This document shows, in pieces, positions 27,355 to 38,410 of a stretch of DNA of 64,000 nt. Numbering within the stretch: position 1 is the first letter of the stretch; each line of letters opens with the position of its first letter. The translations under genes and the position numbers were made by a program. Location of the stretch: contig OZ242010.1 of NCBI GenBank assembly GCA_965204745.1, positions 768,001-832,000 on the forward strand, written 5' to 3'. The notes under the pieces were generated by a model that made no database searches, had not been told where the DNA came from, and saw nothing but the letters and a program-made list of their open reading frames with translations. Source of the stretch: Candidatus Latescibacterota bacterium (GTDB lineage: Bacteria; Latescibacterota; UBA2968).

Positions 27355-28077
27355 TTGTCGTTGATTACAGTTATCGGACGCGGGCATTCGGGTACGCGGT
27401 TGATTTCGCATACGCTCTATGCCAGCGGGGTGTATATGGGGCGATTGATCAATGCGTCTGGGGATAAGATGCCGCCCGACGCGATGTACGATGCGTGTCG
27501 GGTGATGGCGAAATACGTGTGGTGGAATGGCGGGTTGTCGTGGGATTTTGAGGCGTTGCACACCATGGATATCGATCCCGAGTTTACGCGCTTGGTCGAG
27601 ACGTATCTGCACGATGTGCTACCCCCGCGCAATCGGATGGCGCACTACGGTTGGAAGTTGCCCGAGACCACGTTGGTCTATCCGTGGATCGTGCGGATGT
27701 TTCCAGATGCGAAATACATTCACTGGGTACGCGATCCGCGCGATTGCATTTTGCGCCGGCACAAAACCGATGATTTGCGCGATTTTGACATTCCGTATCC
27801 GCAAACCGAGGACGAGCGCGAGCGCCGGGCGATTTCGTGGCTGTACCAATACGAAATCATGAAATCCACGCCCGCGCCCGAGCATTGTATCACCGTGCGC
27901 TTTGAGGATGCGATTCGCCATCAGAAGGAGACGCGGGCGAAGCTGGAGGAGTTTCTCGGCTTCCCGCTGGGCAAGGTCATCGTGCGTCCCGATTCCGTGG
28001 GCAGGTGGAAGACCGATGATGGCGTCCATGATTTCGCGTTCCTGCACCCCGCGATGAAAGCGTATCAATACATTTAG
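27355..28077 (+). CDS. Sulfotransferase family protein
   Basis: GRGHSGTR (5'-PSB loop), GWKLP, VRDPRD, VRFED. Confidence 0.85.
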   Translation: MSLITVIGRGHSGTRLISHTLYASGVYMGRLINASGDKMPPDAMYDACRVMAKYVWWNGGLSWDFEALHTMDIDPEFTRLVETYLHDVLPPRNRMAHYGWKLPETTLVYPWIVRMFPDAKYIHWVRDPRDCILRRHKTDDLRDFDIPYPQTEDERERRAISWLYQYEIMKSTPAPEHCITVRFEDAIRHQKETRAKLEEFLGFPLGKVIVRPDSVGRWKTDDGVHDFAFLHPAMKAYQYI

Positions 28078-28229
28078 ACGTATTTAGCACAGTGCCGTGA
28101 ACGCGGGATGGCGTATCTCCTGCTTGACTCATGATGCAAAAGCTGGTATTGTTGTGTTTCCAAACGAACTCTGAGTTCGCATTGAAAGCCAATAGCTGAC
28201 AATCCCGCCCTTTTTCAGGATCGCGTATC

Positions 28230-29111
28230 GTGAATGCCGAATTGGTACCTGCGAGAACGCTCGTGAGCGATGTCTTGACTTTGATTAAATTTCGGATCGC
28301 GCTGATGGTCGCGTTCAGCGCGTTTGTGGGTTATGTGCTGGGCATGGGGCAGGCAATAGATCCGATGCATGTGTTCCACGTCCTGTTCGCCACCTTTTTG
28401 ACCGCTTCTGGCACGGGCGTTTTGAACCAGTTTATGGAGCGCGAGCGCGATAGACGAATGGGCCGCACCGCGGATCGCCCCCTGCCCGCGGGCCGCGTCT
28501 CCCCGGAAACCGCCTGTTGGTTCGGCCTGATTTTAGCCGGGATGGGCATTGTCTATCTCGGCGTGCTGGTCAATGCTTTGACCGGGTTGGTCGGCGCATT
28601 AACCGTGGGAATCTACCTGCTCCTGTACACGCCCTTAAAGCCCAAGACCGCGCACAACACCGCTATCGGTGCGATTGCAGGCGCGTTGCCCCCGGTCGGT
28701 GGATGGACCGCCGCAACAGGCGCGTTGAGCGGCGAGGCACTGGCGTTGTTCGGCATTTTGTTTTTGTGGCAATTTCCCCATTTCTTGTCCATTGCTTGGC
28801 TCTATCGAGAAGACTACGCCCGAGGTGGCTTTCGCATGCTGCCAGTCGAAGACCCGCAAGGCCATCGCACCGCGCATCAGGTGGTGCTCTACACCTTGGT
28901 CTTGCTCTCGTGTAGCCTGATGCCCGCACTGCTGGGCATGGCTGGCGTGGCGTATTTCGGGGTCGCCATCTCCCTCGGCTTGGGCCTGCTATACGCCAGT
29001 TTGACCTTTGCGCGGTATCGCACCGATTTGCACGCCCGCAGGCTGATGCGCGCAACGCTCGTTTATCTGCCCGTGTTGTGGCTGGTGATGATGCTGGATA
29101 AACTTGGGTAG
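28230..29111 (+). CDS. cyoE: Protoheme IX farnesyltransferase (heme O synthase)
   Basis: NQFMERERDRRMGRTADRPLP, YTPLK, GALPP, WQFPHF, DYARGG. Confidence 0.95.
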   Translation: MNAELVPARTLVSDVLTLIKFRIALMVAFSAFVGYVLGMGQAIDPMHVFHVLFATFLTASGTGVLNQFMERERDRRMGRTADRPLPAGRVSPETACWFGLILAGMGIVYLGVLVNALTGLVGALTVGIYLLLYTPLKPKTAHNTAIGAIAGALPPVGGWTAATGALSGEALALFGILFLWQFPHFLSIAWLYREDYARGGFRMLPVEDPQGHRTAHQVVLYTLVLLSCSLMPALLGMAGVAYFGVAISLGLGLLYASLTFARYRTDLHARRLMRATLVYLPVLWLVMMLDKLG

Positions 29112-29131
29112 GCAAGAATAGGTAGGTTTTT

Positions 29132-29350
29132 ATGTCGATGAAATCAGAAGCAGGATTTGACGAGCTCCAGGCTGAAGCAGTGGTGACAACTGTCGGCAAT
29201 GCGTTTGACGATACTGTTGCAACCAAAGCGGATATCGCGGAGTTACACGCCCAGATTCGAGAGCTCGAACAGCGCATGACGATCAAGATGGGGGGATTCG
29301 CCGCGGCTATCGTCGGCCCGATCACCGCCCTCGGCAAATTGCTCGGGTGA
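29132..29350 (+). CDS. Short DUF1640/CCDC90-like protein, possibly N-terminally truncated
   Basis: EAGFDELQAEAVV, ATKADI, LEQRMTIKMG. Confidence 0.6.
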   Translation: MSMKSEAGFDELQAEAVVTTVGNAFDDTVATKADIAELHAQIRELEQRMTIKMGGFAAAIVGPITALGKLLG

Positions 29351-29511
29351 GCATGGGCAACAGCGGTTGGGGCATTGATGTCGATTGCCGACGCAGGGGC
29401 GATGCCATATAAGCCGAGAAAGGGAATGGGTTGCCCGCTGAACAACTCGCGCCCCCACAGAGGTGATAGGAAAACCTATCACCTTTCTTTTTATGAACGC
29501 TGGAGAATAAA

Positions 29512-30442
29512 TGTGCAAGTGGCAATAGAGGTTGAAAATGTGAGCCATTGGTTTGGCGAGCGCGTGGCCTTAGACCGCATCGCGTTGCGCGTGAAGACCG
29601 GGGAAATGTACGGGCTTTTGGGGCCTAATGGCGGGGGTAAGACCACCCTGTTTCGCATGTTGTGTACCGCGTTGCGCCCCGATCAGGGCACGGTGCGCGT
29701 GTTGGGCAAAAACGCAGTTGCCGAAGCCCATGCGGTGCGTGCGCGAATTGGCGTGGTTTTTCAGCAGCCCAGCTTGGATGCGCGGTTGACCGTGTTGGAA
29801 AACTTGCGCCATCAAGGCCATCTCTACGGGTTGAAAGGCCACTTGCTCGCCCAACGCATTGCAGAGGCATTGGACATGATGGCCCTTGCAGATCGCGTAG
29901 CGGATCGCGTGGAGATTCTATCCGGCGGATTGCAGCGGCGCGTGGAGTTGTGCAAGAGTTTGTTGCATCGCCCGCAAGTGTTGATTTTTGACGAACCGTG
30001 CGCTGGGCTCGACCCCGGCGCGAGACGCGGGTTTTGGAATGACTTGGACGTGTTGCGCCGCGCCTGGGGCACGACCCTATTGCTGACCACGCATTTTATG
30101 GAAGAGGCCGAGCGGTGCGATAGAATTGGCATCTTGGACAGCGGACGCCTGATCGCCGAAGGCACGCCCGCTGCGTTGAAGCGCGAGGTGGGCCGCGAGG
30201 TGATCACCCTTGAAGCGCGCGACCCGGAGGCATTGCGATTGCACATCGAACCGGTTGTGGGACACGACGCGCAAGTGATCGACGGGCAGGTGCGGATTGC
30301 GTGTTGCGAAGGGCAGCGGCTCTTGGCCGAGTTGTATCCCCTCCTGCGCGAGGAGGTGCGCGCCATGACCTTGAGCGTGCCCACCCTTGAGGATGTGTTC
30401 GTCCAGCGAACAGGGCATGGATTTCACAGGGAGGAAGCGTAG
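29512..30442 (+). CDS. ABC transporter ATP-binding protein
   Basis: GPNGGGKTT, LSGG, IFDEP, TTH; start uncertain. Confidence 0.9.
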
Positions 30443-31203
30443 TGCGGTTTTGGTTGCCTGTGGTGTCGCTTTGGCGGCGGGAGTTGACGCGCTTTGCCCG
30501 AGATCGCAACCGCTTGTTCGGCGCGATTGGGCAACCCCTTGTTTTCTGGCTGATCTTGGGGTCCGGCTTTGAAAAGTCCTTCGCGCCCATGGGGATTTCC
30601 GGGGGGTATTTGGAATATATTTATCCGGGAACCCTGTTGTTGATCGCGTTGTTCACCGCGATTTTTTCCACCATCTCCGTCATCGAAGATCGGCGCGAGG
30701 GCTTTATGCAGGCCGTGCTGGTCGCGCCCGTGTCCCGAATTGGCTTGGTGATGGGCAAGGTCTTGGGCGGGGGCACCTTGGCGTTTTTGGAAAGTGCGAT
30801 CTTTCTCATATTCTTGGCGTTTTTGGACATTCCCATCAGCGTAGCATCACTGGGTCTGACCCTCATGTTTCTGGCCATCTTGGGCATCGCCCTGACCGCG
30901 CTCGGGTTTGCCATAGCTTGGCGCAGCACATCCACGGCCGGGTTTCACGCGGTGATGAGTTTGTTGCTGCTGCCGATGTGGGTGCTCTCCGGCGCGGTCT
31001 TCCCCCCGGATGGCGCGTCCCGCTGGCTCACTTGGATAATGGCCGTCAATCCCCTGACGTATGGCATGGCCGGATTGCGCCACGCGCTTTATTTTTCCAC
31101 CTCTGACGCCCATGCCCAATTATGGCTCTACGGCCTCATCACCATCGCCTTCGCCTGCACGACCATCAGCGCGGCCGTGTGGCAGGTAAAAACAAAGAAA
31201 TGA
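30442..31203 (+). CDS. ABC-2 type permease
   Basis: Six TM segments, EDRREGF, LSGAVFP, NPLTY. Confidence 0.9.
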   Translation: MRFWLPVVSLWRRELTRFARDRNRLFGAIGQPLVFWLILGSGFEKSFAPMGISGGYLEYIYPGTLLLIALFTAIFSTISVIEDRREGFMQAVLVAPVSRIGLVMGKVLGGGTLAFLESAIFLIFLAFLDIPISVASLGLTLMFLAILGIALTALGFAIAWRSTSTAGFHAVMSLLLLPMWVLSGAVFPPDGASRWLTWIMAVNPLTYGMAGLRHALYFSTSDAHAQLWLYGLITIAFACTTISAAVWQVKTKK

Positions 31204-31431
31204 GTGGAAAGTGCAATCCCATTAGCCGTAAGAACAGGCCCCCGTGCCTCCCAGCGGGCGGCCTGACAACTGACAACTTGGGCGGTGGCGGGGTTGCCTC
31301 ACCTCTCCCGTCTCCCGTCTCACCGCAGGGGGTTGGGCGGGGTGAGAACTGACAACTGATTTTTTCGGAACATTGATATGACTAAATTGTTGGAACAATA
31401 TTGGAAAAAAGAACACACTTTCGGTCTCGCC

Positions 31432-32151
31432 ATGCAAAAATTGACGCGCCTCTCAATCATCGCCTGTATCTGCCTGTTCTGCGGTTGCTCCGTGCTCGAC
31501 CGGCAACAAAGCCCCAAATTGCTGGACTTGCGGACAGACCGCGGCTCGGAACCGTCGGTGGGACGCGGGCAGGAAGTGCATATCACCATAGTGACGGATG
31601 ACCCGGACAACGACGAGTTGGACTTTCGTTGGATTGCGTCCGGGGGCGTATTCGCGGCCACTCGGCAAGACACGTTGATCGACCTGTTTCAAGATTCCGT
31701 AACTGTGGTGTGGCAAGCACCGCTCGAACCCGGTATCTATGAGTTGTTTTTGGAATTGGGCGACGGCCAATCCGAGACCCTGGTGACTTCGGGCGTGCGG
31801 ATTGCCGTAACGCAGGCGCCGCCCGTCGCGGCTGTGGGGCCGGATAGGGTGATAAATTTTCACGACACCTTGCGCGTGGTCTTGGATGGCACGGGCAGTT
31901 CGGATCCGGATCAGGACGCGCTGATGTACTTTTGGACGCAGATCGGCGGCCCGCGCGTGGGATTGCAAAACAGCAACAGCCCATCGCCCGAATTTCAGGC
32001 TATCGCCCCTGCGGATTACATTTTTGAATTGCGCGTGGCGGATTTGGTGGAAGGCATAGGCGATACGAGCGACGTGGTGGTCGTGCGCGTGCGCGTGCGA
32101 GATAGAAATGACCGCGATGCGGGGCTGCGACACTGGACGCGCTGGCAATGA
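31432..32151 (+). CDS. Lipoprotein with PKD/Ig-like domains
   Basis: Lipobox FCGC; DPDNDELDFRW; LDGTGSSDPDQDALMYFWTQ. Confidence 0.7.
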   Translation: MQKLTRLSIIACICLFCGCSVLDRQQSPKLLDLRTDRGSEPSVGRGQEVHITIVTDDPDNDELDFRWIASGGVFAATRQDTLIDLFQDSVTVVWQAPLEPGIYELFLELGDGQSETLVTSGVRIAVTQAPPVAAVGPDRVINFHDTLRVVLDGTGSSDPDQDALMYFWTQIGGPRVGLQNSNSPSPEFQAIAPADYIFELRVADLVEGIGDTSDVVVVRVRVRDRNDRDAGLRHWTRWQ

Positions 32152-32302
32152 TGGGCGGTCCATTCGCGCTGTCGCACGGCCCTTGTGGGATCGACTCATC
32201 TGGCGGATAATGTGAAATTTCGGAACACTGCCCGAAGACGTGTTGCACAACACAAAGCGGGCGCGTTGTTTGGAACATCACCCCAAACCAAAGGAGTACA
32301 TT

Positions 32303-33091
32303 GTGAAACCCAACATCATTCGAGAAAAACTGGACGCGGGCGAGCCGACCATCGGCACGCGCATTCACTCGAGTTGGCCGGCGATTGTGGAAGCGATTGG
32401 ACATACGGGGCTGTACGACTATGTCGAATACGTCGGCGAATACGGCACGTTTGACCTCTACGATCTCGACAATCTGTGCCGCGCAGCCGAGTTGTACGAC
32501 ATGGGCATGATGTTTAAGATTGACCGCAGCCATCAGCACTTCTTGGCGCAACGGGCGATTGGGTCCGGGTTCGGTAGCATTTTGTTCACCGATTGCCGCA
32601 CGGAAGAAGACGCCAAAACCTGTGTGCGCGTGACCCTGCCCGATACGCCAGAAGACGGCGGTCTTTACAGCGTGTACACGCGGCGCAATACGTATATGGG
32701 CTATGGCGGTGGCGCCGAGTACGTGAAGGCCATGCGGGATACAGTGGTCGTGCTGATGATCGAAAAAAAGGAGGCGGTGGAAAATCTGGAGGCGATTCTC
32801 TCGGTTCCGGGCGTGGATATGGTGCAGTGGGGCCCTTCGGATTATTCGATGAGCGTTGGCAAGGCCGGGCAGCGCAATGACCCGGGCGTGTTGGACGCGC
32901 ACAATGAAGTGTTCAAGACTGCGCTGAGCATGGGCATTCCCCCCCGCGCAGAGATCATGTCGTCCGACGAGGCAAAGGCGTATCTCGACATGGGCGTGCG
33001 CCACTTCAACATCGGGGTCGATATTTCAATCCTGCATTCCTGGTGGCGCAACAATGGCGACGCGCTGAGAAAAGCCGTCGAAGGCGCGTGA
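32303..33091 (+). CDS. HpcH/HpaI aldolase family protein
   Basis: MIEKKEAVENLEAILSVPGVD, GPSDYSMS. Confidence 0.85.
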   Translation: MKPNIIREKLDAGEPTIGTRIHSSWPAIVEAIGHTGLYDYVEYVGEYGTFDLYDLDNLCRAAELYDMGMMFKIDRSHQHFLAQRAIGSGFGSILFTDCRTEEDAKTCVRVTLPDTPEDGGLYSVYTRRNTYMGYGGGAEYVKAMRDTVVVLMIEKKEAVENLEAILSVPGVDMVQWGPSDYSMSVGKAGQRNDPGVLDAHNEVFKTALSMGIPPRAEIMSSDEAKAYLDMGVRHFNIGVDISILHSWWRNNGDALRKAVEGA

Positions 33092-33107
33092 CCCGCATGA
33101 AAAAAAC

Positions 33108-33135
33108 AACCGCCGAGGTTCAAGCCTCGGCGGTT
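33108..33135. terminator. Terminator hairpin
   Basis: AACCGCCGAGG-TTCAAG-CCTCGGCGGTT with flanking A/T runs. Confidence 0.75.
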
Positions 33136-33225
33136 ACTTTTTGTTCGGTCAGTTACGGGGACATCGCCCACATGGGAGCGGAGGAGAGGATGGGAACGCA
33201 CAGGTGGGCGGCCTGACCACCGCCC

Positions 33226-34233
33226 CTAACCACCAGCCAGCAACTCATCGCCATACGCGAACAATGCAGGCGTGCCGCCCGTATGCACGAACACCACGGT
33301 TTGATCTTCGGCATACCACCCCGCGCGGATGTGATCGATCAGCGCGCCAAATGTTTTGCCCGCATAAACCGGATCGAGCAACAGCCCTTCGGTTTGCGCG
33401 GCGAGCAAAACCGCTTCTCGCGCCTCGGGCGTCAGCACCCCGTAAGCCGGGCCTGCGTACTTGCCGTAGCTCTCAAAATCGCACGCTGTAAAATGCAAAT
33501 CCAACTTCAGAATGTTGCACACTTCATTTGCCACATCCGCGAGTTGCACATTCTTCGCCGCATCGTCCTGTGGGCTTGGGCTGATGCCGATAATCCGCAC
33601 ATCCACGCCCAATGCTTTCGCGCCGACCACGAGCCCGGTATGCGTATGCACGCCCGCACAGACATAGATCGCATCGGGCCGGATACCCAACGCCTGCACC
33701 TGCTCCCACAATTCCAAAAACCCATCCACATACGAGACGCTGCGGTGGTAATAACCGTCCGAACTCGTGTTATACACCTTGTGCCCATCGGCATTCAGGG
33801 CCGCGATGATGGCTGCCTTTTCCTCCTCGCTTTCGATCAAATGCACGCTCGCGCCGAACAGATGCGTGAGCAATAAGTTGCCATTCACGGGGGTTGCATG
33901 CTCGTCCTTGCGCCCGACCATCACCGCCTTCATGCCCAACTTGGCCGCAACCGCTGCGGTCAGCCGCGATTGATTCGACTGCGATGCTGCGCCGTGCAAT
34001 AACACGTCATACCCCTCATCCACAGCAGGCGCGACCGAATACTCAAACTCGCGCACCTTGTTGCCCCCAAATGCCAAGCCCGTCTGATCCTCGCGCTTGA
34101 CCAACAGACGCGGCCCGCCCAAGGTCTTTGCCAACCGCGCACACTCGGTCAATGGCGTGGGCAAATCCGCCAGCGACAATCGGCTACACGTTCCCAATGC
34201 CGCTTTGATTTGTTGCATCGAATAGTCCATCAC
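33226..34233 (-). CDS. D-cysteine desulfhydrase / ACC deaminase family PLP enzyme
   Basis: KREDQTGLAFGGNKVR, QSN, LDPVYAGK, FVHTGG. Confidence 0.9.
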   Translation of the reverse strand: MMDYSMQQIKAALGTCSRLSLADLPTPLTECARLAKTLGGPRLLVKREDQTGLAFGGNKVREFEYSVAPAVDEGYDVLLHGAASQSNQSRLTAAVAAKLGMKAVMVGRKDEHATPVNGNLLLTHLFGASVHLIESEEEKAAIIAALNADGHKVYNTSSDGYYHRSVSYVDGFLELWEQVQALGIRPDAIYVCAGVHTHTGLVVGAKALGVDVRIIGISPSPQDDAAKNVQLADVANEVCNILKLDLHFTACDFESYGKYAGPAYGVLTPEAREAVLLAAQTEGLLLDPVYAGKTFGALIDHIRAGWYAEDQTVVFVHTGGTPALFAYGDELLAGG

Positions 34234-34403
34234 CTCGATAACCTACCGTTCGGAGAAGTGTTTATCCTGTTGGGAAATGTGGTCAGCGTGCATGCGTTGA
34301 AAAACAAAAATGCCTGGATCTTAAAGACTCGAGCATTTGGTGTTAAAAACGGAGTGTACCGGTTCTTCAAACATCAGATCGCAACATCTTACCACGCCGT
34401 GAA

Positions 34404-36965
34404 TTAGGCAGGAATAATTCTTCTTAGCGACTTGGCGAGTAAGTCCTCTACTTTTGATAATTCCTGTTGTAACCGATTCTTTTTTGCAGTCAAATCTGAA
34501 ATTTCCTCCATGAAGCCATCAATTGACGATAGGTCGTTTTTATTAGGGACAGGGACCATAATCGTTTCTAACTTGCTTTCTCTCAGATCGGGAGAGCCAG
34601 CCCCTTTACAGGCGAGAATCATCTGATCGCGGACAAAGTCCGTGTTGAGTATCTCGAGCAAATAGTGTGCGCTGACCATTGGCATCAGCGGGGTAAATCT
34701 GTTGGTGAGAATGTATCCAGCAGTCTCTTCGCCAACCAAAATGACCTCGCGTTTCGATTCTAGTGAATTGCGAGCATTTGGAAGCAAAAGCAACTCTTCA
34801 CCGCTTAATTCATACGTAGCTCGAGATGGGAGTTCCCCAATTGTGCGAATTTTAATTTTATCGGATTCTATTTTTCCCGTGTTTGGATCGAACGCACTGA
34901 CTTCCAAATACTTCAACATTCTATTTGGCGTTTCTCGCAATAACTTTCTGGAAATGCGACTTCTGTATATTGTGACGAGATCTGTTAAGGGAACTGTGTT
35001 TGAGCCGTTTGAATTTAGGCTATCCCTGATTTTCTGAGCGTCGGGATGATAAAACCATGGGTTGATATTATCTTCTTCTCGTAATTTTTTGACCGAGATC
35101 AAGTGATTTGAATCTCTTTTTTCATATTTATCGAGTAAGTCGGGGAAATCATTTTTGGAAATATTATGACCGAGCGTATTATACCCCACTTCGTTTGCCC
35201 AGCCGACAAACACTTTGTAATCAGTTCTTGGCTTTTTTCGTTTTTGAAAAAAAAGCAAGTCGCCGAGAATCCCGCAATCCGTGTGGTGAAATGCGGTCTT
35301 GGGAAGACCGATAACGGCCAAAATTTCCGTCCTATCAAAAATAACTTCTCTCAATTTTTTGAATGAATGCGATTCATTCTCAAAAATGCTTCTGGGAAGG
35401 ACTAAGCCCGCCCTGCCCCCTTCATCGAGAAGATCGATGATTTCTTCGACAAATACCAAAGCGCGATTTACACCTCTGATGTCTCCGGATTCATTTTTTC
35501 CCACCTTGTATTTTTTCAAAATTTCTCTGTCATTTTCATACCCTGCAAACGGTGGATTCGACAAAATGAGGGTAAATTTACCCGCCGTATTTTTGTGTTT
35601 GGCCTGCGTATCTAGTTTTAGGCCATGGTGCCTTACAATGCCCGCCCAGCCATCCCCGTGCATGATCATGTTCATCCGCGCTGCTCTTACCATCCGAGGG
35701 CTGAGGTCAACGCCGAAAACATTGTCGTTGGCAAAGTCCTTGATCAGCGTTTCAATTCTGTGTTGAGGAAGGTTTTGTTGATCTCGCCTGATGCCACAAG
35801 CGACTTTTCTCAACGCATAAATTAAGAAGCCGCCGCTACCACACGACGGATCCAGCACGATGTCATTGCGGTTCGGTTGGAGTAAATCCAGCATGAACTC
35901 GACCATCTTTCTCGGTGTGAAATATTGACCGAGCTCGCCTCTGAAAGTAGAACCGACTATGCTTTCATAAACAGTGCCTTTTGCGTCAATACCGATAAGG
36001 GAATTTCCCGTAAAGCTAAAACCTTGAAACGTTTCGATAACTTTTCTGATCGATTTATTGCTTATGGAAAACTCATCATCCCCTGGTTCTGAAAACAATT
36101 GCTTAAACTTGCTTTCATTTGCAGCCTTTTTTAGTAACTGCCTGATATGGTTGCCCGTATCGTCTGCGGTTTCACCCGATAAAACAGAAAATTCATAGAC
36201 AGAAGGCAATTCCTGTTCATCGTAAACTTTGACAAAGAACAGTTTGACCAGTTCATCAAATGCCTTTGCAGGATCAATTCCTTCAGCGTGAATCTGATCA
36301 TGGCTCGCCTTCACGAGACCCCGAAGCTGTTGTTCATCCGTAAGCGGTGGGAGTATGTGTTTTTTCGATAATCTTTCTCGCAGGGGTTTGGAACCTACCC
36401 ACTTGGGAATATCGCCAATTGGCGTTCCATCTAGGGGATGAGGCTGAGTCTCATAAGCATCGAATTGCTCGCTGTCAGTAATCAGATGGTATCTCGCACC
36501 CAATGCCCGAGCATAACTAGCAGCCTGTGCAGGTGCCCTACGATCCTGGCGACCGAGTGCCTTTCCTTCAATGACGATAAGTGCGGCATCTGGTCGCCTA
36601 TCTTTGTGCGTATAAACAACGAGGTCGGCATAGCTATCCCGTTGTTGGTTCGATGCCTTGTGCCCAATCCCACCGCAAGGAACCTCCAAATCTAGTTGTT
36701 CTGACGGGTACTGATACTCAAAGAGTAACTTGCACAAAATCCAATAGTGAACAATCGCCTCGTTTTCCTTTTTCATCCAACTTGAGAATAATTTGTTTAG
36801 GAGACGCTTGCCAATTTTCTTGGGATTCTCAGGATAATAATTTTTTAGAATTTTACTCATCTCAGCCGCTATTGTATCGTAGGCAGATTCCTTGTACTCC
36901 CTCAGCAGTTTTTTGATCTCGCCTTTGTGTTTTGTTGATATTTTTACCATAACGCAATCACTCAC
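34404..36965 (-). CDS. Single-chain restriction-modification enzyme (HsdR_N-like nuclease + N6-adenine MTase + partial TRD)
   Basis: ADLVV...IEGK, GQYFTPR, LDPSCGSGGFL, NPPF; visibly more AT-rich than flanks. Confidence 0.85.
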   Translation of the reverse strand: MSDCVMVKISTKHKGEIKKLLREYKESAYDTIAAEMSKILKNYYPENPKKIGKRLLNKLFSSWMKKENEAIVHYWILCKLLFEYQYPSEQLDLEVPCGGIGHKASNQQRDSYADLVVYTHKDRRPDAALIVIEGKALGRQDRRAPAQAASYARALGARYHLITDSEQFDAYETQPHPLDGTPIGDIPKWVGSKPLRERLSKKHILPPLTDEQQLRGLVKASHDQIHAEGIDPAKAFDELVKLFFVKVYDEQELPSVYEFSVLSGETADDTGNHIRQLLKKAANESKFKQLFSEPGDDEFSISNKSIRKVIETFQGFSFTGNSLIGIDAKGTVYESIVGSTFRGELGQYFTPRKMVEFMLDLLQPNRNDIVLDPSCGSGGFLIYALRKVACGIRRDQQNLPQHRIETLIKDFANDNVFGVDLSPRMVRAARMNMIMHGDGWAGIVRHHGLKLDTQAKHKNTAGKFTLILSNPPFAGYENDREILKKYKVGKNESGDIRGVNRALVFVEEIIDLLDEGGRAGLVLPRSIFENESHSFKKLREVIFDRTEILAVIGLPKTAFHHTDCGILGDLLFFQKRKKPRTDYKVFVGWANEVGYNTLGHNISKNDFPDLLDKYEKRDSNHLISVKKLREEDNINPWFYHPDAQKIRDSLNSNGSNTVPLTDLVTIYRSRISRKLLRETPNRMLKYLEVSAFDPNTGKIESDKIKIRTIGELPSRATYELSGEELLLLPNARNSLESKREVILVGEETAGYILTNRFTPLMPMVSAHYLLEILNTDFVRDQMILACKGAGSPDLRESKLETIMVPVPNKNDLSSIDGFMEEISDLTAKKNRLQQELSKVEDLLAKSLRRIIPA

Positions 36966-37033
36966 GAGAAAGATGGGATTTTAGCCACAAACGGGGTACA
37001 ACTAGCGATAACCCGTTCAAAGGCGAGCAGTGT

Positions 37034-37060
37034 GTAGGGGCGATGCCCCCGTGCTCGCCC
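37034..37060 (+). repeat. GTAG-type REP palindrome (family also at ~9005, 10380, 22358, 22960, 23500, 31228, 58096, 59435)
   Basis: GTAG followed by imperfect hairpin GGGCGATG-CCCCCG-TGCTCGCCC; other members GTAGGGACAGGCCCCCGTGCCTGTCC. Confidence 0.75.
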
Positions 37061-37168
37061 AAAGATACAAGAGGGGGTACTATTTGGATCAGTTCCCCCT
37101 CCCATTATGATAGACAGCGAGTTGTATTCGGTCAAGAATTTAATTTTTTTCTGCGAATCGCCCGCGGG

Positions 37169-38224
37169 TCACCGCCGCTCATTCTCGACCTCAACCGCTT
37201 GAAGCAGGGCTTTGATGAAGCCGAATTGAAAGGCGAATGCCTGTTCAAAATGCCCAGGCGCATCGTGCCCGGGCGCGTGGTCGGGGATGACCATGTGCGG
37301 GTAGCCCACTTCTTTGAGGGCGTGCATGAGGACAAACATGTTCATATCGCCTTCGTCCGGATACACTTCTTGAAACTCGTTGCGCCCCCCCGTGATGTTG
37401 CGAAAGTGGATGAGGTGAATTTTCTTGCGCTCGCCAAAATAGCGAATGATGTCCGCGACTTCGTTTCGCGGATCCAGAACGCTTTCGGCCATGCAACCGA
37501 GGCACAGATTGAGGCCGTGGTACGGGCTTGGGCAAATGTCGATAAAATGCTTGAACCCATCGTATCCGCCGAGCACGCGATCAACGCGCTTGTACCCGGG
37601 CGGCAACCACGGGTCGCACGGGTGGCAGGCCATTCGCACCTTGCATTCGGTGGCAACCGGAATGACGCGCTCTAAAAAAAAGGTGATGCGTTCCCAATTT
37701 TGTTCGGCGGTGACGGGTTCGTCGTAGCGCGGGGTGTCGGCGTCCGCTTTGGACAAGTCCCAGGTGGAATAGCGCACATTGCCGCGCCCGAGCGGGACGC
37801 TCTCCGTGCGTTGGTTCTCCATTTCGCAGAGAAAATACTTCAGCGCGGGGATGCCCGCATCTGCGGCGGCGCGCACCATGTCGCAGGCGATTTCGATTTC
37901 TTTTTCGCCGGCTTTCATGTTGCCGCACATAAACTCGGGCACAAAGTCGCCATTGAGATTGAGGTGTTGCACGGGCAAGGCGACCATCTCCACCTCGATG
38001 CCGTGTTTTGCGGCTTTTTCCTTTTTTGCCACGAGTTCTTCCACTGTCCAGCCACTGCTCGGATCCGGCGTGATTTCCCGAGCGTCGTTGATCGCCATGT
38101 TTGTGACGCCACACCGCGCGAGAAATTCGAGGTGTTCGTCAGACGTGGAAAAACGTTGCGTGCCAATGTGCATGCGCGGATTTTCCGCGTCCCAAACTGC
38201 ACCTGCATGCGTTTCTGCTGCCAT
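37169..38224 (-). CDS. Mannonate dehydratase (UxuA) family protein
   Basis: FFLERVIPVA, MACHPCDP, NLCLGC, IHFRN, DEGDMNM, IPDHAP. Confidence 0.85.
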   Translation of the reverse strand: MAAETHAGAVWDAENPRMHIGTQRFSTSDEHLEFLARCGVTNMAINDAREITPDPSSGWTVEELVAKKEKAAKHGIEVEMVALPVQHLNLNGDFVPEFMCGNMKAGEKEIEIACDMVRAAADAGIPALKYFLCEMENQRTESVPLGRGNVRYSTWDLSKADADTPRYDEPVTAEQNWERITFFLERVIPVATECKVRMACHPCDPWLPPGYKRVDRVLGGYDGFKHFIDICPSPYHGLNLCLGCMAESVLDPRNEVADIIRYFGERKKIHLIHFRNITGGRNEFQEVYPDEGDMNMFVLMHALKEVGYPHMVIPDHAPGHDAPGHFEQAFAFQFGFIKALLQAVEVENERR

Positions 38225-38236
38225 GGTGATTCTCCT

Positions 38237-38410
38237 GTGAGACGTGAGACGTGAGACGGAAGGCGTGAGACGTGAGACGTGAGACGTGAGACGGAAGGCG
38301 TGAGACGTGAGACGTGAGACGTGAGACGTGAGACGTGAGACGTGAGACGTGAGACGTGAGACGTGAGACGTGAGACGTGAGACGTGAGACGTGAGACGTG
38401 AGACGTGAGA
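38237..38410 (+). repeat. Heptamer tandem array (GTGAGAC)3-GGAAGGC-(GTGAGAC)4-GGAAGGC-(GTGAGAC)15-GTGAGA
   Basis: Read directly; about 25 units. Confidence 0.97.

Noticed and set aside
38237-38410. Possible CRISPR array
   Set aside because: Pure 7-nt tandem with no unique spacers and no cas genes
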